The notes beneath the pieces are model-generated. The model searched no databases and was not told where the DNA came from. It saw only the letters and a list, made by a program, of their open reading frames with translations. Below are positions 9,793 to 18,570 of a DNA stretch of 64,000 bases, piece after piece. How positions within the stretch are numbered: position 1 is the first letter of the stretch; each line of letters opens with the position of its first letter. The stretch lies in IMG/VR virus record IMGVR_UViG_3300047445_000186, positions 129,829 to 193,828 of that record; one strand, given 5' to 3'. Origin of the DNA: a virus. The translations under genes were made by a program, and so were the position numbers.

Positions 9793-10295
9793 TGGGAACG
9801 CCGAGCTCAGCTCGGTTCTTCAACGTCTTTCTTGACAGCGACGGTCCAGTCGCTGAGTTCGACAAGTCGTTGGCGGAATCGGGCCTCCACGCTGAAGAAT
9901 TCAAGATGCTTCCAGGGATTTATCTCTGGCTTGACATCACTCCTGGCGCTGAGACCGCGATCGAGACTTTGAAAGCTCTCGATGATGCTGGTCTGATTCG
10001 CGTCTGGATTCTGACGAAGACCCCAAGCAACTCGCCGTACGCGTACACCGAAAAGGTTCTGTGGTACCGCAAGAAATTCCCATGGCTTGAAGATCGCGTG
10101 ATCATCACGCACGACAAGCACTTGATGGGCGGGCCTGGCGATTACCTGCTTGATGATCGGCCGCACAAGGCGAATGCCGATAAGTTCAAGGGGAACTTCG
10201 TGTACTTCGATCCAATGCTGCCGCGCACCTGCTGGGAAGACTTCATTGTCTTGATCTGCAAAGATCTAGAGGCACGTGGAGTTGAACATGGTTGA
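9792..10295 (+). CDS. 5'(3')-deoxyribonucleotidase-like HAD hydrolase
   Basis: FLDSDGPVAEFD near the N-terminus (DxDG motif I). A small capped HAD of the NT5C type, common in T4-like and jumbo phages. Confidence 0.55.
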   Translation: MGTPSSARFFNVFLDSDGPVAEFDKSLAESGLHAEEFKMLPGIYLWLDITPGAETAIETLKALDDAGLIRVWILTKTPSNSPYAYTEKVLWYRKKFPWLEDRVIITHDKHLMGGPGDYLLDDRPHKANADKFKGNFVYFDPMLPRTCWEDFIVLICKDLEARGVEHG

Positions 10296-10482
10296 CCTGT
10301 TTGGTGGCCGCCCGATGAGGTTCGTGCGACATGCTTTCGTGGATGTCGTTTCCGGCGCGACTGTGAACTACTACATCGATCGGAACGGCAAGCACTGGTT
10401 GGCATGCGGGCCTTGGTCCCTGTTCAGGATCGAAACGGCGCATTCTTCGCGGGAATTTTTCCAGCAAGAAAATCGGCGCTGA
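10288..10482 (+). CDS. hypothetical small protein (64 aa)
   Basis: ATG at 10288 preceded by GGAG. Overlaps the upstream stop. Confidence 0.3.
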   Translation: MVDLFGGRPMRFVRHAFVDVVSGATVNYYIDRNGKHWLACGPWSLFRIETAHSSREFFQQENRR

Positions 10483-10726
10483 AAATTCCGCATGTCAGAA
10501 TTTTGGCTAGGCTTTGTCGTTGGTGCGGTGGCTGTCATAACACCACCGTTCCTCGTGTACGAGTGCCTTCGCAGGATCAAGCGAGCGAATCCAAACATGT
10601 GAATTAGTTAACACTTTCGCACCTTGCTCATCCCGCGTTACACAATCCACGTGTATCTTGTTGTACAATCACCTATCAGCACAATGATGTGGTGAAATTA
10701 GTTCAACAACGAAAAAGGTTTTGTAA

Positions 10727-11584
10727 GTGAAAAAGATTCTTTTGGCAGTCGCTCTGACCCTGAGCATGGGCCTCGCATTCGCAGGCAACGGCCATGGCAA
10801 TGATAAGACCCCGACGATCGGGAACAACGGCGGCGGGAACGGTGGTTGCGGTGTCGGCCAGCAGACGAATGGTTGTGGTAACACCGTCCCGCCAGTTGTG
10901 GTGCCTCCAGTTGTGGTGCCTCCAGTTGTGGTGCCTCCAGTTGTGGTGCCTCCAGTTGGCAACGGTGGTCACAACGGCCATGGCGGCGGCGGTCACGCGC
11001 ACTCCCATGTTCCGCAGCCGCCGATTCTGATCCCTGGTCAGACCGGGCCGCAAGGCATCCCTGGTGTCGGTACTCCGGGTGACACAGGAGCGACTGGAGC
11101 GACGGGCGCCACTGGTGCGCAAGGCGCCCCTGGTGTCGGCCTCGCTGGTGACACTGGTGCGACCGGAGCCACTGGTGCAACGGGTGCTGCTGGTGTCGGC
11201 ACTCCGGGTGCGGCCGGCGCCGAAGGCAAGGCTGGTGCGAATGCTCCGGATGCAGTCACTGCACAGCAACTCGACAGCTCGATCGTTGCATCGCAGAAGG
11301 TGAACCAAGCGCAGATCAACAGCTTGCGTGAACAGGTCGAGTCGAACGCGAAGGCCGCTTACGCTGGTACCGCCGCTGCTCTCGCGCTCCAAATGCCTGC
11401 TCTGAATCCGAACAAGCCCGATGCCACGACCGTTCGCCTTGGTGTTGGCTCGTACAAGGGTCAGTCCGCCGTTGGTATCAGCTTCCGTCGCGGCAACAAG
11501 GACGGTGACTGGTCGGTCTCGGGCGGTGTGTCTACCACGTCGCAAGGTACTGGCGTTGCAGTCGGAGTCGAGCACTCGTTCTGA
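10727..11584 (+). CDS. secreted collagen-like triple-helix repeat protein
   Basis: GTG start after AAAAGG. Signal peptide (MKKILLAVALTLSMGLAFA). Five exact tandem PPVVV units (15-bp repeat cctccagttgtggtg). Long G-X-Y run (GQTGPQGIPGVGTPGDTGATGATGATGAQGAPG...). Non-collagenous C-terminal domain. Terminator follows. Confidence 0.85.
   Translation: MKKILLAVALTLSMGLAFAGNGHGNDKTPTIGNNGGGNGGCGVGQQTNGCGNTVPPVVVPPVVVPPVVVPPVVVPPVGNGGHNGHGGGGHAHSHVPQPPILIPGQTGPQGIPGVGTPGDTGATGATGATGAQGAPGVGLAGDTGATGATGATGAAGVGTPGAAGAEGKAGANAPDAVTAQQLDSSIVASQKVNQAQINSLREQVESNAKAAYAGTAAALALQMPALNPNKPDATTVRLGVGSYKGQSAVGISFRRGNKDGDWSVSGGVSTTSQGTGVAVGVEHSF
10869..10943 (+). repeat. 5 x 15-bp perfect tandem repeat (cctccagttgtggtg) encoding (PPVVV)5 inside the collagen-like gene
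   Basis: Seen directly. In-frame coding repeat. Confidence 0.85.
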
Positions 11585-11604
11585 TCTGACCTGATCGCTC
11601 CCTG

Positions 11605-11631
11605 AAGGCCTGCCTCGTGCAGGCCTTTTTA
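11605..11631 (+). terminator. rho-independent terminator (AAGGCCTGC-CTCGT-GCAGGCCTT, then TTTTAG)
   Basis: Seen directly after the collagen-like gene. Confidence 0.75.
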
Positions 11632-11633
11632 GT

Positions 11634-12116
11634 TTGTCCCATTCGTGGGACGAGGGGGCGTTCAGTTCCGAGTACAATACGGATATGGGCATGATTAAGA
11701 TTTACGCGGGCAAATCAAAGCCCGCAAAGAAGAAACCAGGCTGGAAAGAAGCGGAAGCTGAACACCAGGCCTGGTTGAAGAGCGTGAACTCGATGTCGAG
11801 CGGTTTCCTGAGTGGTATCCAGTCGAAGGGCCGCGGACTTCGTGGAAAGAAGATCGATCCGGTCGTTGTACCGGTCGCGAATGCACGTGGGGCTGCTCCA
11901 GTCGGACGGTCCCTGGCGACACCAGGAGGGTCTACAGGCACACGGTACGTCGCGCCTGAGGTGCTATACAAGGAAAGTCCGGAGATGCTCCAGCGTGAAC
12001 TGGCAGCACGAGAACGAAAGTTCAATGCAGCTCCAGCTTACAACAAGGGCGGTGACGTCCTGATGACAGACGACATGATGGCCGACATGATGGCAGGAAA
12101 GTTACGACGCAGATGA
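11634..12116 (+). CDS. hypothetical protein (160 aa; alternative start 11686)
   Basis: ORF immediately after the terminator. Basic N-terminus. Confidence 0.4.
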   Translation: MSHSWDEGAFSSEYNTDMGMIKIYAGKSKPAKKKPGWKEAEAEHQAWLKSVNSMSSGFLSGIQSKGRGLRGKKIDPVVVPVANARGAAPVGRSLATPGGSTGTRYVAPEVLYKESPEMLQRELAARERKFNAAPAYNKGGDVLMTDDMMADMMAGKLRRR

Positions 12117-12448
12117 CAAATCAAGAATTCGCAAAGCGCCTGATCGAGATCGCTCGTGTTTACGGGTGGTCGGGCGACTACATCGAGATCAGCGAGTTCG
12201 TGCTGTACGTCGCGAACCGATGCGGTGTTCCGACGACGCACGACGATGTTCAGCCATACGAGTTCGAGACTGACGCCGAGCTCGATGCATTCGAAGACAA
12301 GACTTTCAACGAGGTAAATCATGAAGCTGAACGAACTGGTGAATGTCCAAACGCTGGAAGCTGTGCAGAAAGCTGTGCAAAACTCCCAGAAGCTGCTGGC
12401 CGCGGCGGACTTCTTGGCGGACAACTCACCCGAGGTTCTGGCTGCTGA
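12113..12448 (+). CDS. hypothetical protein (111 aa; 3' part overlaps the next gene in another frame, true end uncertain)
   Basis: ATGA overlap with the upstream gene. The N-terminal 70 aa look protein-like. Confidence 0.35.
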   Translation: MTNQEFAKRLIEIARVYGWSGDYIEISEFVLYVANRCGVPTTHDDVQPYEFETDAELDAFEDKTFNEVNHEAERTGECPNAGSCAESCAKLPEAAGRGGLLGGQLTRGSGC

Positions 12449-12587
12449 ACAAGCGGTGTACGAGCTATGGAAAATCGATCCGAAAAAAGCGCAAGCCCTG
12501 TGGGAGGAAGCGTTCCCACCTGCCCCGAAGGGTGTGACTCCGTCGTTCATCCACCGGAAGGCGATGTCGGAGGGCCTTCCGTCCTGA
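12321..12587 (+). CDS. hypothetical protein, MKLxEL family (88 aa)
   Basis: ATG preceded by GAGGT RBS. N-terminus MKLNELVN shared with paralogs at 34142, 34657, 36269, 45576 and 48007. Confidence 0.5.
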   Translation: MKLNELVNVQTLEAVQKAVQNSQKLLAAADFLADNSPEVLAAEQAVYELWKIDPKKAQALWEEAFPPAPKGVTPSFIHRKAMSEGLPS

Positions 12588-12790
12588 AGACCTTGCGATC
12601 GCTGGCAGATGGAGTCTTGAATGGTGATCTGCCAGCGTCAGCAGCGAAGGACATTGCGAAAGAGCGAGTAAAGGTTTGCGAGTCGTGCGTGCACTTCACG
12701 TCGATCAGTCGCCAATGCAGACTCTGCTGGTGCTTCATGGATCTGAAATCGAAGATGCTCTCTGCAACCTGTCCTGCGAAGAAGTGGTAA
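12467..12790 (+). CDS. Cys-rich small protein (true start probably downstream of 12590)
   Basis: C-terminal CESCVHF...CRLCWC...C motif. Stop TAA overlaps the next ATG (taATG). Confidence 0.3.
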   Translation: MENRSEKSASPVGGSVPTCPEGCDSVVHPPEGDVGGPSVLKTLRSLADGVLNGDLPASAAKDIAKERVKVCESCVHFTSISRQCRLCWCFMDLKSKMLSATCPAKKW

Positions 12791-13311
12791 TGTTTTTCCT
12801 CGAGCAGTCAATCACGAAACCTTACTGGGAGCCAACGCAAGAGTACATCTGGCGCAGGATCAGGAATGGAAAGTACGCTGACGTTGGAAAAACCGGCGTC
12901 GTGAAAATTATCGGTGGGAAACAGACTGTGACGTTCGCGATTCACGATCATGGTTTCCCAGTCGCTTGGTTGTACCTTCGTGCTCGACCCGGTTGGAGGG
13001 CTCATGAGGTCCATCAAGCGTTCACGCTGAAGAAGTACCGAGGTCAAGGGCTCGCTCAGAGGTTGTACAAAGCCGCGATAAACACTGACGGAATTCTTCT
13101 TGCAAGCGGTGAAACGCACACGAAGTATTCCGCAGCGCTCTGGAAGAAGTTCATCGCCAAGAAGCAGTTCAACATCTGGGCGCATGACTTCAAGAACACG
13201 AGATCGACGAGTACAGTCGAGGTAGAGGACGGCGAGATTCAGTGTGCTCTGCCGATCTATTTGTTGTCCGCAAAATACGACGTTAGATTCGTCGCAGAAA
13301 GAAAAAGATGA
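12790..13311 (+). CDS. GNAT-family N-acetyltransferase
   Basis: QAFTLKKYRGQGLAQRLYKAAIN matches the acetyl-CoA-binding motif A (Q/RxxGxG/A) of GNAT. About 173 aa. Confidence 0.55.
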   Translation: MFFLEQSITKPYWEPTQEYIWRRIRNGKYADVGKTGVVKIIGGKQTVTFAIHDHGFPVAWLYLRARPGWRAHEVHQAFTLKKYRGQGLAQRLYKAAINTDGILLASGETHTKYSAALWKKFIAKKQFNIWAHDFKNTRSTSTVEVEDGEIQCALPIYLLSAKYDVRFVAERKR

Positions 13312-14003
13312 ACTTTGCTCCGCTCCATGTCGGTACCCCGACGTACAACGCAATCGAGACCGTCTCTGGCCGGTACTTCGACCCGGTGAAACCAGATCCG
13401 GCTCAGATCGACATCAATGACATTGCATGGGCTCTGTCCCGTCAAGCTCGATTCGCTGGGCACACGATCGGTGAACCGTACTACGTTGCTCAGCATTGCC
13501 TGCTCGTCGATACGATCGTTGATTACGTGGGCTCGGACGACTCGACTGGAGCTGCGCGGAAATCGCACCGTTGGTGGTTGGAAGATCGTGGACATAATGT
13601 CAGCGATGTTCGGATCAATCACGTGGCAATGGGCGCACTGATGCATGACGCAAGCGAAGCGTACCTGATCGATCTGCCATCGCCAATCAAGCGTCATCCT
13701 GATCTTCGTGCACCGTACAAGGAGCTCGAGAATCGAGTGCAAGCCGTGATCGCGGAAGCGCTGGAGCTGCCTGAGCTGAACGAGGCTGAGCTGTGCTCGA
13801 TTGAATGGGCGGACCTGGTTGCCCTGCAAGTCGAAGCAGTTCACCTGATGCCGTCCCGTGGCCGAGGCTGGGGCAATGATCTGCCACAGATCACGTTCGA
13901 CGATCATGCTCTGTTCGAGCAACCCAAGAAGTGGAGAACTGTCCAGACGGAGTTCCTCGCTCGGTATGACAGAATCAAGACAGACTTGTTCTTGGCAAGG
14001 TGA
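13308..14003 (+). CDS. HD-domain phosphohydrolase (YfbR-like 5'-deoxynucleotidase family)
   Basis: H..(GHTIGEPYYVAQH)...HD (MHDASEAYLIDLP)...D pattern typical of the HD superfamily. Confidence 0.7.
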   Translation: MNFAPLHVGTPTYNAIETVSGRYFDPVKPDPAQIDINDIAWALSRQARFAGHTIGEPYYVAQHCLLVDTIVDYVGSDDSTGAARKSHRWWLEDRGHNVSDVRINHVAMGALMHDASEAYLIDLPSPIKRHPDLRAPYKELENRVQAVIAEALELPELNEAELCSIEWADLVALQVEAVHLMPSRGRGWGNDLPQITFDDHALFEQPKKWRTVQTEFLARYDRIKTDLFLAR

Positions 14004-14108
14004 GAGTTATACAGGCATTAGGTGACAGATAGCGTTCAGCCTCCTTCGGGAGGCTGTTTTGTTTCCGGAACACGCTAAATAACGAATCATCTGCCCAGGA
14101 GACTTTAG

Positions 14109-14444
14109 ATGTCTGATTTGACCCGCCTTCGTGAACTCGCTGCTCTGCTCCGTCCTAAGGAACAAGTCGTCGAAGACACGCGTACTCAATCCGCTACTGA
14201 TGCATTCGACGGTATCAAGTCGATCGTTGAGGACGCACTTGGTGATCTCGAAGACAAGCTCGGCGAAGGTGGTTCGCTTGAGACGCTTCTCGACAAGCAA
14301 GGTCTGACCGACCTGGATAAAAAGGCTGACGGTGATGGCGCTACGATGCTGCACCGCCTGGCTGTTCGCACGGAACAGTACAAGAAGGAAGTTTCCGACG
14401 TCCTGCTTGAAATTGAGCTGATGCTCGTTTCCGACGGTAAGTAA
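14109..14444 (+). CDS. acidic hypothetical protein (111 aa)
   Basis: ORF with RBS AGGAGA 7 nt upstream. Confidence 0.5.
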   Translation: MSDLTRLRELAALLRPKEQVVEDTRTQSATDAFDGIKSIVEDALGDLEDKLGEGGSLETLLDKQGLTDLDKKADGDGATMLHRLAVRTEQYKKEVSDVLLEIELMLVSDGK

Positions 14445-15334
14445 TGAACTTCCGCCAGCTGAATGAAACCGACGGTGGGTTCGATTATTCGGGCCGCACC
14501 GCTGCAGGGATCGACAAGATCGGTGCCCTTGCAAAGCACGTCGTGAATAAGTTCGCGGGTGCAGCAGCTGGCGCGAAGTACGGTCTTCAGCGCGATCAAG
14601 CGATTGCCGCGAAAGACCAGGCAAAAGACCAAGCGAAAGCTGGTGCTGATGCAGAGGCTGAACAAGCCATGAACACCCCAGGGTTTGCCTCGTTCACTGA
14701 CGTGAACACAGCGCAAATCACGATCGCCGGTTTGATCGTTGATGCTGAACCCCGTGAAGGTGTGCAGATCGCTCCGTTCGAAAGCTTGAATGCTGCGCAC
14801 TTCTTGAATGCTCAGAAAGCAGTTGAAGTGATGCAGAAGCGCTTTGACAAGTTCATGAAGGAACTCGTTGCAGACATTCGCTCTGCCTCGTACATCAAAG
14901 ACTACGAGAAGAACGAAGTTCAAGAGCGCTTTGAAGACACGAATCCAAAGCGTGAAGCGAACTCCGAAGAGCTGCTCCATAAGAACGGATACGGCGAGCG
15001 GAATGCATGGATGCTCGCTCTGACGAGAGATGACCCGAACATCGGTACACGCGCGATCGTGCAGATGATCGGCAAGATCTCGAAAGACCACGAAGACAAG
15101 AATGGCTCTGGCGCTGACAAGACGAAGTACTTTGCCACTGGTTTGAACCTGGTGAACGTCGCCGGTTTCCAGATGCGCGCAGTTCAATCTCGTCTGGAAG
15201 GCGTGATCGCAATGCTTGATGAGCTCGAGAGCGAGCCACGTCAAGAGACCGCTCCTGCAGAGAAGCCTGGCGCTGATCAAGTTGATCACGCGCAGAACAA
15301 AGAAGTCCTGACGGGTCTTCGCAAGTACAAGTAA
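14444..15334 (+). CDS. hypothetical protein (296 aa)
   Basis: ATGA overlap with the upstream gene. Confidence 0.5.
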   Translation: MNFRQLNETDGGFDYSGRTAAGIDKIGALAKHVVNKFAGAAAGAKYGLQRDQAIAAKDQAKDQAKAGADAEAEQAMNTPGFASFTDVNTAQITIAGLIVDAEPREGVQIAPFESLNAAHFLNAQKAVEVMQKRFDKFMKELVADIRSASYIKDYEKNEVQERFEDTNPKREANSEELLHKNGYGERNAWMLALTRDDPNIGTRAIVQMIGKISKDHEDKNGSGADKTKYFATGLNLVNVAGFQMRAVQSRLEGVIAMLDELESEPRQETAPAEKPGADQVDHAQNKEVLTGLRKYK

Positions 15335-15390
15335 TTCGTAACGGTTACACACCGTTACCCAGGATTACGACTTTGGTGGTATGATTTCAT

Positions 15391-15552
15391 CATGCACACC
15401 ACTCCTGAACTCTGGCTGGTAATCTTCGTAGTCGCAGTCTTTGCGCTTACGATAATCGGCGGCCTGATCGGTTGCTGGTGGTTCTCCCATCATCCGTCGA
15501 ATGATCTGGACCTCTGGAACGAAACGGGGTTCGGTCGATTGACGGATCTGTG
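15391..15552 (+). CDS. small membrane protein (53 aa), not in ORF track
   Basis: ATG followed by a single TM helix (LWLVIFVVAVFALTIIGGLIGCWWF). Confidence 0.35.
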
Positions 15553-15585
15553 ATACAATAGAATCCACAAACCCGCAGCAAAATC

Positions 15586-15726
15586 ATGAATCCCGACACC
15601 GCAATCCTCCTACTCAAAATCTGCTTTGGCGCAGTAGGCGCGGTCGCGATGACGGTCTCGATCGTCGGTGCTTTGCGCTCCGTCGAGCGCCTGGACAAGA
15701 AGGATAAAGAAGAAGATGCGATCTGA
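15586..15726 (+). CDS. small membrane protein (46 aa), not in ORF track
   Basis: ATG and a TM helix (ILLLKICFGAVGAVAMTVSIVGAL). Its stop overlaps the downstream start. Confidence 0.35.
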   Translation: MNPDTAILLLKICFGAVGAVAMTVSIVGALRSVERLDKKDKEEDAI

Positions 15727-16669
15727 TTTCAACAAGCTCCTGACCGAGCGCGAGCGTTACGGCTCTGACCGTTCGTTCCACAGCGTTCGTCACTCGAAGC
15801 AGTCCGCTGCGGACGACTACTACGGTGGTCGCCAGAGCATGAAGAAGCGTCACCGCCTGGCCCAAGGTCGCGGTCACGGTCTGAAGCAGTTCAACGAGAA
15901 CTTGAACCCGCTGAAGAACTTCCTGCGCGTGAACGTGGGCCGTCCTTGGGACAAGATCTACAGCGAGATCCGCACGAACTTCGATGCTCGGAAGGTGATC
16001 AACAACCACATCCTCGAGCACCTGTTCCAGTACGTCGAGAAGGACGTGAAGATCATCGACGGGAAGCCACACGTCCTGTTCCAGTACCGCGGTGGCGGGA
16101 AGTGGGAGCACGTCTCCGAGTCGTACAGCGACTACTACATCGATCCTCGCGATGGGATCATGAAGGAAACCAAGCGGAACGAGACCAAGCGTCGTCGCGA
16201 AGCTCGCCAGGCCGAGAAGACCGAGCAGCTCCTGCACAAGGTGAAGCGCGTGATCGATGGCGGCACCGAGCTCCATCGCCTGAACGGGATCTGGTACGTC
16301 ATCGAAATCAAGGACGTTCCTCCCCCTCGCATCGAGTACCAAATGCCGTACGGCTGGAACATCGCCGATCGCATTCGTTGGCGGAATATGACCGACGCTG
16401 AACGTGTCGAGCACGGCACTCGCCGCGAAGTCCACGATCACCACCCGATGTCGCTCGAGTCCGACGATGGCGAAGCGTACAAGTACATCGATCACCAGCG
16501 CTTCAAGTACAGCCACGGCTGGAACGCCACGCTCTTCAAGAAGTACTACGCTTCGAAGGTGACCGCCTCGGCGAAGATCCTGAAGGAGCACGGTCTTGTC
16601 GGAACCGCGCTGCACGACGATGACGTCGGTGTTCTCTCCCATCGCGAACGCTCGAAGTACCGCGAATGA
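15716..16669 (+). CDS. hypothetical protein (about 317 aa)
   Basis: ATG 15716 overlaps the end of the small upstream ORF. Arg/Lys-rich N-terminus. Confidence 0.5.
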   Translation: MRSDFNKLLTERERYGSDRSFHSVRHSKQSAADDYYGGRQSMKKRHRLAQGRGHGLKQFNENLNPLKNFLRVNVGRPWDKIYSEIRTNFDARKVINNHILEHLFQYVEKDVKIIDGKPHVLFQYRGGGKWEHVSESYSDYYIDPRDGIMKETKRNETKRRREARQAEKTEQLLHKVKRVIDGGTELHRLNGIWYVIEIKDVPPPRIEYQMPYGWNIADRIRWRNMTDAERVEHGTRREVHDHHPMSLESDDGEAYKYIDHQRFKYSHGWNATLFKKYYASKVTASAKILKEHGLVGTALHDDDVGVLSHRERSKYRE

Positions 16670-16793
16670 GCTGGTTCCTGCTGCTGATCTGGTTGCTGTT
16701 CCTCGAAGTGAGGAGCCGCAGGCCAGGTAAGCGCAGGAAATACCGAGACTCGTACCGCTGGCCAGCAAAACGCAAACCTCCTCGGAGACGCAG

Positions 16794-16988
16794 ATGATGA
16801 TCGGCAAGAGCAAACTCGCGTTCCTGAAGCTTGGATACGACAAGCCGTTCAAGCCGCACTCAAGACCTGCGATTGCCGATTGCCAGAAGCTCGTTCAAAA
16901 GGGCCTGCTTCTCGACTACGGTGATGACCACTTCAAGGCCTCTGAGAAGGGTCGAGCGCACTGGACAGTGCACAAAAACCGACCATAG
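16794..16988 (+). CDS. hypothetical small protein (64 aa)
   Basis: ORF. Confidence 0.35.
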   Translation: MMIGKSKLAFLKLGYDKPFKPHSRPAIADCQKLVQKGLLLDYGDDHFKASEKGRAHWTVHKNRP

Positions 16989-17078
16989 CCGGTCTGCGTA
17001 AATACTTTCGCGAACACAACAGACTTTAATTTTGCGGCCTTAGTCTGTGGCCGGTTGAAGATGTTCGGAAAGTAGAAA

Positions 17079-17966
17079 ATGATGTACTCATCAAAGTTTG
17101 CCGTCGCCATCAAGAACGCCGGCAAGATTCTCCGCGAAACGTCGAACTCAGATGCTTTCTCGGTCGCTCTCCCATTCGGTGCAGAGTATCAAATCCACCT
17201 GAAGAACATGAACTCGGTTCGAGCCTTGGTGAAGGTCGAAATCGATGGCGTTGACGCAACTGGCGGAACGCGACTGATCGTGCCTGCAAATGGCGTGATT
17301 GACCTCGAGCGTTTCATCAAAGAGAACGATACGAACATCGGCAATCGGTTCAAGTTCATCGAGCGCTCTGCGAAGATCGAGAACGGTCCTCGCGGAATTC
17401 GCGTCGAAGACGGCCTGGTCCGAGTCGAGTTCGAATTTGAACGTGAACCTACGCCAATCAACGACCATCAGATCCGTCACCAGCTCCTAACAGACACGTA
17501 CTTCACGAAACATCTGGGCGGTTCGCTGAGCGGCCATGGGTACACGACCACGAATGCGATCGGCGACACCTGGCTGAACGGAGGGCCTCGCGGTCAGATC
17601 ACCTATAGTGCTAACAGCGCTTCGGCATCCGGTGTCTCCGGCGTCGCCTCTGGGGCTCTGGGCAGTACTACGCATACCTTCACGCCATCTTCTGTGAAAC
17701 AGGCGGCTTTCTCGGCACAAGTAAATGACGTCGGGATCACGGTTCCTGGCTCGATCTCTGAACAGAAGTTCGTCCAAGGCGCGTGGTTCCCAACTGACGG
17801 CGTGAAACACGTAATGGTGCTTAAGATCGTTGGCGAACTTCAGGGTAAGCTCGTCGAGGTCCCCGTTACCGTGAAGGCCAAACCAACATGCGTAACATGC
17901 GGCACGGTTAACAAAGGCAATGCTAAGTTCTGTCGCGAATGCGGCACAGCACTGACTGTCGTATAA
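17079..17966 (+). CDS. hypothetical protein with C-terminal zinc-ribbon (CxxC...CxxC)
   Basis: Terminal CVTCGTVNKGNAKFCRECGTAL zinc ribbon. Confidence 0.5.
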   Translation: MMYSSKFAVAIKNAGKILRETSNSDAFSVALPFGAEYQIHLKNMNSVRALVKVEIDGVDATGGTRLIVPANGVIDLERFIKENDTNIGNRFKFIERSAKIENGPRGIRVEDGLVRVEFEFEREPTPINDHQIRHQLLTDTYFTKHLGGSLSGHGYTTTNAIGDTWLNGGPRGQITYSANSASASGVSGVASGALGSTTHTFTPSSVKQAAFSAQVNDVGITVPGSISEQKFVQGAWFPTDGVKHVMVLKIVGELQGKLVEVPVTVKAKPTCVTCGTVNKGNAKFCRECGTALTVV

Positions 17967-18050
17967 AAAGGCGGCGCCGTACAAAACACCGATAAACCGC
18001 CCGAAATCGGCGTGGAGCTGGAACCACGTACGGCGCCGCATAAAACCACC

Positions 18051-18515
18051 TTAGCGAGCATCACCTTCAGTCGAGTAGTCCGCTGAGTACTCCGGAAAGT
18101 CGGTCGGCTTTAGAACTCGCTTGTGCAGAGCTAGGGTGAAAGCCCATAGCTCTGATTTGATTCCTCGTATCGAACTGCAGTCCTCTGAGTAGATTCCAAT
18201 TGGTGTCTCAGAAAATCTGCATGGCACACCATTGTCGTCATAGTAAACGGCGCGAATGTCTCTCCACGATTCTCCATCTTCAGTGAACTCCATTATCCGG
18301 TAGTTCCAATGTCTCAAGGCAACTTTATCGTCCTCGATAGGAAGCTCATTACGGTTTGCCGGCCGTGCAGATCGACGGCGCGGTGAAGCAGGCGATCCGC
18401 CCTTTGGTACCCGTGGTTCGTTAGCTGGTCGAAGTCGACGCACAGGTCGATCTTTTCCTGATTCGTCATCTTTGTCCATTGTGCCTGTCCATAAGTCTTG
18501 CGTATCTTGAGCCAC
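18051..18515 (-). CDS. hypothetical protein (154 aa)
   Basis: Part of a three-gene minus-strand block. Confidence 0.4.
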   Translation of the reverse strand: MAQDTQDLWTGTMDKDDESGKDRPVRRLRPANEPRVPKGGSPASPRRRSARPANRNELPIEDDKVALRHWNYRIMEFTEDGESWRDIRAVYYDDNGVPCRFSETPIGIYSEDCSSIRGIKSELWAFTLALHKRVLKPTDFPEYSADYSTEGDAR

Positions 18516-18570
18516 ACATGCGCGATTGGCATGTGCAACTCAAGTGCAAAACTCTCGTCTAGTTCATCAT

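Noticed and set aside
10869-10943. Possible CRISPR array, from the exact 15-bp tandem repeats
   Set aside because: The repeats are contiguous with no spacers, in frame, and encode PPVVV inside an ORF. This is a coding tandem repeat, not CRISPR.
10669-11692. Long minus-strand ORFs (97-329 aa) antisense to the collagen-like gene
   Set aside because: They are artefacts of the GC-rich, repetitive G-X-Y coding sequence. They have no RBS, overlap a gene with a signal peptide and terminator on the + strand, and have repetitive Arg/His-rich products.
14186-16852. 388-aa and 412-aa minus-strand ORFs
   Set aside because: They are antisense to coherent + strand genes with overlap-coupled starts. No independent signal supports them.
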